A stretch of 17,609 nt of DNA from Candidatus Hermodarchaeota archaeon (GTDB taxonomy: Archaea; Asgardarchaeota; Lokiarchaeia; Sigyniarchaeales; SOKP01). Made by a program: the position numbers and the translations under genes. This document shows, piece by piece, positions 8,064 through 15,019 of this stretch. Location of the stretch: positions 1 to 17,609 of the forward strand of contig JBHLLP010000058.1 in the NCBI GenBank assembly GCA_048885525.1. Reading direction: 5' to 3'. The notes under the pieces are model-generated. The model made no database searches. It had not been told where the DNA came from and worked only from the letters and a program-made list of their open reading frames with translations. How positions within the stretch are numbered: position 1 is the first letter of the stretch; each line of letters starts with the position of its first letter.

Positions 8064-10253
8064 ATGGTAAAAAAAGATAAGAAAAAGAAAGAAACGAGAC
8101 CAACGGCACGAATGGGCTGGGATGCAGGTGAAGCTGAAGAAGAAATTGTTGCTGAGGCATTAAAAAGAAAGGACATGGACACAGGGCGAGTTGAATTAAT
8201 GGATAGAGATACCTCAACACCAGTTATCGAAACTTATGATGAAGACACTGGAAAACTTGAAGGTAGTATAGTTTTAAAAGACCGTAATCGGGAAGGATTA
8301 CTAGCATTAGTTAAAATAATTGAAGAAGTAGATGTAGAACAAGATCATGATGCCAATATTAAATCATTTACTCATAGTGGAAAACTCAATATCGAAAATC
8401 CTAGTAAAGTTGATAGATTATGGGATATTGATATTTCACTTGAAAATATAGGAAGTACAGATTTGAAATCGAAGGATATTTCAATACAAGAATTAGGTAC
8501 TGAAGAACCAGATAATGTTGACTCAAGAACATTTAAAATAACAAAGGATATAAAAAATCTATTCCTTGTCAAAGAATTCATTAATACAAATCCGAATGCT
8601 GATGATGTTTTAAATATAAATGATATTGAAAAAGAGATAATAAAACTAAAAGATAAAAAAAGTGGTGCTTCACCAAAACCCTCTAAACCCTCTAAAAAAG
8701 AACCTGAGGTTGAAAAAGAAGAAGAGAAAGAAGAAGAAAAAGAAGAAGAAAAAGAAGAAGAAGAAGAAATTAAAGGTGAAACTTGGGGTGACGGAGGGAC
8801 TCTTGTTGAAACTGGTTTGGAGTCTTTCGGAATTTCTATTGATAGAGATAATGTTGTCCACTTTGCTATTGCTCTTAGAAGTCTGTTTGATAAACCAGTT
8901 TCCAACATTAAAGTAATAAAAAATATTCCAGATGATTTCACAAATCCGAGGATTCTAGATACTACTGAAGGAAGAGCTAATATTGAAGGAAATAAAATAA
9001 TCTGGACAATTGAAAGATTAGCTCCAGAGTATACTGTGATGTTAAAATTCACATGTAACATTATGGTTAGCGATATCATTAAAAGACGAACTGGAACTGT
9101 TGATGTTTCATATCAGAGTGCTTCCTCTTTTGCTGAAGGTTTAGATATTGGTAAATTTGATGCGTATACAAGAAATAAATTCTATGTAGACACAATTGAA
9201 AGAGATGAGCAACCAGGCATATTCGATTGTAAGCTTGTATTTGATAATTCCTCAGAGTTTATTATTCAATTATTCAATGCAGACGTTTATTCTCCAGAAG
9301 ATAAATCAAAGAAGTTTGTAGATATTGATCCAAACGATGTTCCATTATTACCAAGTGGCGCTCAATGGCATTCAACGAAATGGGAGTTTGAGAGTGAGGA
9401 TTATCCTACTTTTAGGAAAAAATTAGAATTTAGAGTAATGCCTGATTTTCAAACAATTGTTAACGGAACAGTAAGCCTTTCAGATGTTATTTTAGAAATT
9501 GGTAGTATCACTGGTGTAATGTCCTATGATATAACAGAGGTTCCTACCTATCGAGCAAAGGATGTGATGGCTACACTGAAAGTAGTTAATAATGGTTCAG
9601 CTCCTTTAAATGAGGTAACAGTTATACATCAAACGTTCTCAACAGAATATCAACCACCAAAAGCTGATGAGATCAAGTTAATTTGGGATGGAGAAGAAGT
9701 TGAAGTAGCAGCTGCTGCTGTAAGTGTTGATAATAATGAATTTAAAATAGATCTTAATGATTTAAAAGATAGTAGTAGTGGTATGTTTAAACCAGAATCA
9801 ACAATGGAATTTCAATATCCAATCCATTCTATAAATCCTGCACGTGAATCCACCTTTAAATCTGAAATTACATATCTCGCTAATACTTTTCCAATAAGTC
9901 AGGAATTGGAGTTTAAACCGGAGGTTCCTATAATTGAGGCAATGCATATTAGAAGAAAGTTCCGCATTGGAAAAGAGGTGGTCCCAATTGGAGATCTGGG
10001 AAATTACAGAATTATATTAACGCTTGAAAATATTGGCGAATCTCCATTAAGAAAACTGATCATGCTCGATAAAGTTCCAGATTCATTTGAATATGGAACT
10101 TATTCTATGACTCCAGAAATTACGGACGAAGTAGGTCAAGATACGTTAAAATGGGACATTGATCTCTTGGAAGTAGGGGATAGTTTAGAAATTACTTATG
10201 AGATAACTGGTACAGGCAAATATAGTCCATCTGATGCCCAATTGGCGCTCTAA
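8064..10253 (+). CDS. Mu-homology-domain (AP medium subunit/delta-COP C-terminal-like) protein with additional Ig-like/DUF11-like beta-sandwiches
   Basis: 729 aa, no signal peptide or TM segment visible. Residues ~80-368 match AP-1 mu blocks in collinear order by eye (see findings). The C-terminal half has repeated 'L-x-[VL]-x-N-x-G-x-x-P-L' Ig/DUF11-type strands. Confidence 0.7.
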   Translation: MVKKDKKKKETRPTARMGWDAGEAEEEIVAEALKRKDMDTGRVELMDRDTSTPVIETYDEDTGKLEGSIVLKDRNREGLLALVKIIEEVDVEQDHDANIKSFTHSGKLNIENPSKVDRLWDIDISLENIGSTDLKSKDISIQELGTEEPDNVDSRTFKITKDIKNLFLVKEFINTNPNADDVLNINDIEKEIIKLKDKKSGASPKPSKPSKKEPEVEKEEEKEEEKEEEKEEEEEIKGETWGDGGTLVETGLESFGISIDRDNVVHFAIALRSLFDKPVSNIKVIKNIPDDFTNPRILDTTEGRANIEGNKIIWTIERLAPEYTVMLKFTCNIMVSDIIKRRTGTVDVSYQSASSFAEGLDIGKFDAYTRNKFYVDTIERDEQPGIFDCKLVFDNSSEFIIQLFNADVYSPEDKSKKFVDIDPNDVPLLPSGAQWHSTKWEFESEDYPTFRKKLEFRVMPDFQTIVNGTVSLSDVILEIGSITGVMSYDITEVPTYRAKDVMATLKVVNNGSAPLNEVTVIHQTFSTEYQPPKADEIKLIWDGEEVEVAAAAVSVDNNEFKIDLNDLKDSSSGMFKPESTMEFQYPIHSINPARESTFKSEITYLANTFPISQELEFKPEVPIIEAMHIRRKFRIGKEVVPIGDLGNYRIILTLENIGESPLRKLIMLDKVPDSFEYGTYSMTPEITDEVGQDTLKWDIDLLEVGDSLEITYEITGTGKYSPSDAQLAL
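8712..8768 (+). repeat. In-frame 12-nt tandem repeat (AAAGAAGAAGAR)x4 encoding (KEEE)n; purine-only tract
   Basis: gaa aaa gaa gaa gag aaa gaa gaa gaa aaa gaa gaa gaa aaa gaa gaa gaa gaa gaa. It is preceded by a 9-nt duplication aaaccctct x2 (KPS-KPS). Confidence 0.9.
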
Positions 10254-10265
10254 GATAAAATAAAA

Positions 10266-10296
10266 ATTTTTTATTTTTTTATTTTTTTTTTTATTT
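10266..10296 (+). terminator. Oligo-T terminator-like tract after the MHD gene
   Basis: Several T runs (6-11 nt) starting about 13 nt after the stop at 10253, typical of archaeal intrinsic terminators. Confidence 0.55.
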
Positions 10297-10401
10297 ACAA
10301 TAATAGTTTAATAAACGTAAGGATAAGTATTAAATGAATAAAGAATGAAATATAATTTAATTACAATTAATTTCTTTAATCATAAATAGCTCAAAGAAAA
10401 C

Positions 10402-12072
10402 ATGATAAGAAAACGTTATCAGTTAAATTGGATGTTTGAATGCCCAGATGCGGTGTTAACATGTTCTATTCTTAAATGTAAGGATAAAAATTTTCTTGTA
10501 TTTGGTGGTCATGATAAAACTCTTTATCTAATGGATGAAGAAAAAAACATACTTGATGAGCGAGCTTTTGATGGATGGTGCCGCTGCACTTATCCAATTG
10601 ATTTAGATGGAGATGGATGTGATGAGATATTAGTAGGAGCAGGTGATGGAAATTTTATGGTTATGAAATTAAATGTAGAAAAAAATAAGCTGGCCGGACT
10701 AATGCGATATAAGTCTTCCAAGCGGATAAATTGTTGTATCGCAGGAGATTTTACTCAAGATGGCAACATTGAAATAATTTTTGGCAGTGAAGATAAAACG
10801 CTTAAAATTTTCGATGATATTAAAGCTAAAGAGCCAAAATATATATTTTATTATGATTCGTGGGTTACAGCTTGTTCATTAGGTTTTATAAAATTACCCG
10901 ATCTTGAAGAGCCAGTTTATGCATTATTAGTTGGAACTAAAGGTGGTTTGGTTCAATTAATTCAATTTAAAGAGAATACGCCAGATATTACTTGGCAATA
11001 CAATTTTAATACTCAGATTAATGACATTAAAATTGGAGATGTAATTAACGATGGATTTAATGAGATCATATTAATTACTGATGACTCATATATTAAAATA
11101 CTAAATAGTACAGGAGAGATTATAAAAGAGATTGTTATTGAGGACGGACGTCCAGTTTCACTGTTAATTGAAGATATAGATGGTGATAATGCAAAGGAAA
11201 TTGTAGCAGGATGTGCTGATGGGTCTTTAAAGATTTATCATAATCAATCTTTAAATTCTCAAGATTTTGAGTTAAAATGGAAAACTAAAGTGGCATCATC
11301 TATCAAAAATATATGTTACATTTCAGGAGATGGACAGAAATTAAACCAAATTGTATTTGGAGGGTATGATCGTAGAATTAGAAACGTGACTGATTTTGAA
11401 TGGGGCCAAAAACAAGTTCTTGAGATCCCTCAAAAAATTCAAATCCCTGAAGTTCCAACAAAAAGAAAAGAAGATCTTATTGAGCAAATCGCTCAAATAA
11501 AAGATATTCCAACGAATATTAGAGAATATATATATAATAGTTTGCAAGAAAAGGGACATCTAAAGAATTTAATGAATGAATTATTAGAATTAGGCTACTC
11601 AGAGGATGAAATATTAGAAGAATTCACACTTCTAAAAACGCAAAAATCAGTTGCTTATGAAAAATTTTCTTATTCAGTTTGGAGTCTACCAGAGGAAGAA
11701 CTTCAAAAAGAAATGCCTGAGGAAGCTAAAGCTGAAATTTTAATTGAGGAACAAACGCAACCTAAAGTTCAACCTTTAGTTATTGAAAAACCAGTAGAAC
11801 CTATAAAAGAAAAATTAAGAGCTGCACTAGAGAGTGAACCTGAAAAGCCTATTTCCAAAGAACCAGTAAGCGCTGGGGCTTCATTAGAAGAAATAATTAT
11901 GGCGTATTTAAAGGAAGAAGGAGTTGTAGAAACTAAAGCTAAATTTATTGAGGATATCAAAGAAAAAGGATTCTCTAATACACAAATTGAAAAAGAAATT
12001 GCTATTTTAAAGGGTCAAGGAAAAATTCAGTATTCTCGCTCTAAACCTAAAGGTTGGAGTATAGTTGAATAA
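10402..12072 (+). CDS. FG-GAP/DxDxDG-type beta-propeller protein with acidic linker and two C-terminal winged-helix-like domains
   Basis: Blades DLDGDGCDEILVG, DFTQDGNIEIIFG, DVINDGFNEIILI and DIDGDNAKEIVAG, plus WD-like GGHDKTL, GSEDKTLKIF, GCADGSLKIY and GGYDRRIR. No signal peptide. A ~60-aa helical/wing unit is duplicated at the C-terminus. Confidence 0.8.
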   Translation: MIRKRYQLNWMFECPDAVLTCSILKCKDKNFLVFGGHDKTLYLMDEEKNILDERAFDGWCRCTYPIDLDGDGCDEILVGAGDGNFMVMKLNVEKNKLAGLMRYKSSKRINCCIAGDFTQDGNIEIIFGSEDKTLKIFDDIKAKEPKYIFYYDSWVTACSLGFIKLPDLEEPVYALLVGTKGGLVQLIQFKENTPDITWQYNFNTQINDIKIGDVINDGFNEIILITDDSYIKILNSTGEIIKEIVIEDGRPVSLLIEDIDGDNAKEIVAGCADGSLKIYHNQSLNSQDFELKWKTKVASSIKNICYISGDGQKLNQIVFGGYDRRIRNVTDFEWGQKQVLEIPQKIQIPEVPTKRKEDLIEQIAQIKDIPTNIREYIYNSLQEKGHLKNLMNELLELGYSEDEILEEFTLLKTQKSVAYEKFSYSVWSLPEEELQKEMPEEAKAEILIEEQTQPKVQPLVIEKPVEPIKEKLRAALESEPEKPISKEPVSAGASLEEIIMAYLKEEGVVETKAKFIEDIKEKGFSNTQIEKEIAILKGQGKIQYSRSKPKGWSIVE

Positions 12073-12534
12073 CTATTCTTGAGTTTTTTTTATAAAAAAT
12101 TCTTGTATCTTCTCTTGAAAAGGCTCAAATTGATTTAATTGGGTGAAATCGGCTCCATTGAATTTTTGAATAAACAATTGTAATACTGGATTAACTCTCT
12201 CGAAAAATTTCCGAACAAGTCTATCAGATTTCTTTTTTGATTTATCGAGTAATCCATACAAAATTATTGGTTCTTTATAACGATTATCTTCCGATTGAAC
12301 TTCAGATAATTTAAAGATAAAAAGGATATTTCCTGATTCTAAATACTCTAAAGAACTTTTATTAAACGCAGTATTTACGAAAGTATTGATGGCAGAAATA
12401 AATGCCCCTCTTAGATCTTTATTTATACCACGTTCTTTTTGAATTGGCAATTCTTTAAAGATATGATTTACAAGTACAAATCCTCGGAAAACAAAGCCAA
12501 TTTCATATAGTTCCTTCAACATAGAGCTAAACAA
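12073..12534 (-). CDS. Longin-fold protein (Asgard longin; sigma/mu-N/TRAPP-like)
   Basis: Beta-beta-alpha-beta-beta-beta-alpha-alpha pattern: LYEIGFVFRGFVLVNHIF / DLRGAFISAINTFV / LEYLESGNILFIF / IILYGLLD / helices ending FEPFQEKIQEFF. The likely true start is the ATG at 12522. Confidence 0.72.
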   Translation of the reverse strand: MFSSMLKELYEIGFVFRGFVLVNHIFKELPIQKERGINKDLRGAFISAINTFVNTAFNKSSLEYLESGNILFIFKLSEVQSEDNRYKEPIILYGLLDKSKKKSDRLVRKFFERVNPVLQLFIQKFNGADFTQLNQFEPFQEKIQEFFIKKTQE

Positions 12535-12645
12535 ATATAAGTAATAACTATCTCACTAAATAATTTTGTTAAGAATTTAATAGCTATTTTCATATTTAAT
12601 TTTAAACTAAAACCATATTCTTTTAAGAATAACAAGATAAAGTAA

Positions 12646-13171
12646 TTGATAACTGTGTTAAAAAATATTGATAAAAGATTTGATGAAAAAATTAAAGAAT
12701 TAAAGGCTTCATTACCTAATCTAAAGGTAGGCGTAAATTGTGCTGAGTTAACATTGACAAGCGTGCTAGATGTTCTAGAGATTGATAATTAGATATTTCA
12801 TAATACCACAATTCCATTAGCAGGAGGCTTTGGTGGATATAAGTCTAGAAATGGATGACAAGGAGCCTGCGGTGCTGTGGGTGGAGGATGTTCAGCATTA
12901 GGAGTTATAACGGGAGGGCATGAAAGAATGCATAATGAAACCATGTTGAAGACATATTTAAAAGCAGCAAAGTTTTCTCATGAGTTTGAAAAGGAATTAG
13001 GCTCTGTGATTTGTTTAGAACTCTGTGGTTATGATTTCAGTTAATCTGAAGCTATGGAAGAATATCAAAAAAGTGGAATATGAACAAAAAAATGTTATTA
13101 TTGATGTACTATGGTCTGTAGATAAAATAAGAAGAATGACTGATGAAGATTTAAAAAATAAATGGGAATAA
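12646..13171 (+). pseudogene. Pseudogene of C_GCAxxG_C_C family putative redox protein
   Basis: The frame from 12646/12655 reads ...GVNCAELTL...DN*IFHN...PLAGGFGGYKSRNG*QGACGAVGGGCSALG...FEKELGSVICLELCGYDFS*SEAMEEYQKSGI*TKKCYY. It then frameshifts near 13100 into VLWSVDKIRRMTDEDLKNKWE*. Internal stops: TAG 12790, TGA 12856, TAA 13042, TGA 13081. Confidence 0.85.
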
Positions 13172-13302
13172 ACCACTTAATAAAAGCTCTTAACATAAAT
13201 TTTTTTACATATTTGAAATTATAAGTTTTTTATATAAACATTGGTTTATTCTAATTATTCAAAAAAAAAATATACTAATTATATAGTTAAGGGATAATTC
13301 TT

Positions 13303-13548
13303 ATGAGTGGAGAAGAAGAAAGTCGTTTTTGCCCGTATTGTGGGGTTGAGTTACAACACCCCTATTGGCAACATATTCAAAAAGAACATCCGGATAAATA
13401 TACTCAAAAAGAGACTTGGATAAAATTATATCAAGATTATACAGGTTTAGGTATGGATGAGGCAACTTCCTTAATGGTTATATCAGAATTATTTAATGCT
13501 ACTCAAGATGAAATTAAATCTTTCTTAAAAAATGCTAATGTTTTATAA
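13303..13548 (+). CDS. Small C2H2-type zinc-finger protein with helical C-terminus
   Basis: CPYC-x10-H-x4-H (CPYCGVELQHPYWQHIQKEH) followed by predicted helices (ISELFNATQDEIKSFLK). Confidence 0.75.
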   Translation: MSGEEESRFCPYCGVELQHPYWQHIQKEHPDKYTQKETWIKLYQDYTGLGMDEATSLMVISELFNATQDEIKSFLKNANVL

Positions 13549-13626
13549 TTAGATTTTTAAAAATAAGTTGTTAAAATTAAAATAAATAAAGAAATAAAAA
13601 TTAGGTCGAAATTTCAAAAATTTGAA

Positions 13627-13935
13627 TTAAAACTCTTCTTCTTCCTCACTTTCTTTTAAAAGTCCTGCTTGTTTTAACAAATCCTCTACACTATCTCGAG
13701 CTTTAATTACTTGTTCATTTTCACTTAAATTTAATTTTTCAATTACATCATCGCTAAATTCCATAAATTTTTCAATTGCATCAGAACTGAATTCTTTTAT
13801 TTTTTCAGAAGTTTCTTCTATAAAATCTTTTCCAGATTCACCAAAAACACTTCCAACGAAATCACTAAATTGTTTATTCAATTTTTCTATGAAATTTTCT
13901 TTTTCTTCTCCTTCTTCACTCATTTTCGTATACAC
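13627..13935 (-). CDS. Acidic, all-helical hypothetical protein
   Basis: 102-aa ORF; ATG at 13923 is the probable start. E/K/F-rich amphipathic helices; no recognisable family. Confidence 0.7.
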   Translation of the reverse strand: MYTKMSEEGEEKENFIEKLNKQFSDFVGSVFGESGKDFIEETSEKIKEFSSDAIEKFMEFSDDVIEKLNLSENEQVIKARDSVEDLLKQAGLLKESEEEEEF

Positions 13936-14046
13936 ATTTTAATTTTAATTATTTTAAATAATTTTTTTAAATATTAAAATCCATATGTTAGTAATTATAA
14001 TTTGATTTAATTAAGAAAATTAAAGAATAATAAGAGCTGAAATAGT

Positions 14047-14991
14047 GTGATAATTAATGTACATTCACATTTAATTCATCGAAATATGTGGTCAGAGTAC
14101 TTTTGGGACAAAAATGCAAATATCTTCTCAGAAGCTATGAATATTCCAAAAGATGTTTTAATTAAGACATTATTACCCAGGATTATGAATGCAGATGCAG
14201 AAAGATATGTTGAAGCTATGGATAATGCTGGTATTGATATTGGAATAGTTAATGGTACTGATTGGGGGAAGTCAGCAGCAGGAGAAGCTACGTGGTCTGT
14301 TGAAGAACAGAATCAATGGGTTAAACATCAAGTTGATGAATATCCAGATAAGCTTTATGGGATATGTGCAGTAGATCCTCGTAGAGGAGAAGAGGCAATC
14401 AAACTTGTTGAGAAAGCTGTAAACGAATGGGGCATGATAGGGGTAAAATTCCATCCCACGGCAGGCTATTATCCAGATAATCCTGATTTTTTCCCTTTCT
14501 ATGAGAAATGTTTAGAACTAAAAATACCTGTTTTTTCTCACACTTCTGTATTCTCTGTACCACTCATGGAGGGAAAATTTGCGGATCCCATATATCTTGA
14601 CAGTGTGGCAGCAAGATTTCCCAACCTGAAAATAGTTATGTTACATTTTGGAGGATTACCATGGGTCTCAAAGTGTGTGGAAATAATGAATGCTCGACAT
14701 AATGTTTATACCGAGATATCTGGATGGCAATCAAGAGCATTCTTCGATACAGATCATTTCCTAAAATTATTGTTTAAAATGTTTACTTCTGCCAGTTTAT
14801 TGGCTCCTCTCAAAGATAGAATAATGTTTGGGACTGATTGGCCATTATTAGAAACTGCTATGGAACAAAAAGATTGGGTTGAATGGATAAAAAATATTCC
14901 AGAAAAAGCAGATGAATATGGATTAAAGATTAAAAGAAGTGACATTAAGAAACTTTTAGGATTAAATGCTAAGAAATTTCTAAATCTCTAA
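14047..14991 (+). CDS. Amidohydrolase_2 family TIM-barrel metal-dependent hydrolase
   Basis: NVHSH (HxH), MDNAGID, GVKFHP, PVFSHT, FPNLKIVMLHFGG, IMFGTDWP, LGLNAKKFL. Confidence 0.9.
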   Translation: MIINVHSHLIHRNMWSEYFWDKNANIFSEAMNIPKDVLIKTLLPRIMNADAERYVEAMDNAGIDIGIVNGTDWGKSAAGEATWSVEEQNQWVKHQVDEYPDKLYGICAVDPRRGEEAIKLVEKAVNEWGMIGVKFHPTAGYYPDNPDFFPFYEKCLELKIPVFSHTSVFSVPLMEGKFADPIYLDSVAARFPNLKIVMLHFGGLPWVSKCVEIMNARHNVYTEISGWQSRAFFDTDHFLKLLFKMFTSASLLAPLKDRIMFGTDWPLLETAMEQKDWVEWIKNIPEKADEYGLKIKRSDIKKLLGLNAKKFLNL

Positions 14992-15019
14992 AACCTATTT
15001 CCCTTTTTTTTTAAATCAA

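Noticed and set aside
8372-9079. 235-aa antisense ORF, plus ORFs 8662-8916 (+, poly-K) and 8670-8861 (-, poly-F)
   Set aside because: These are shadows of the 729-aa gene created by the stop-free GAA/AAA repeat; they show no independent protein features.
11341-11960. Antisense ORFs 11341-11559 and 11769-11960
   Set aside because: Shadows of the propeller gene.
12856-13104. In-frame TGA/TAG codons read as selenocysteine or pyrrolysine recoding in the Cys-rich redox gene
   Set aside because: The TGAs at 12856 and 13081 are not at the family's Cys positions, which are all still Cys. A TAA and a frameshift also interrupt the frame, and neighbouring genes use TAG as a normal stop.
14272-14945. 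Antisense ORFs 14272-14454 and 14754-14945
   Set aside because: Shadows of the amidohydrolase gene.
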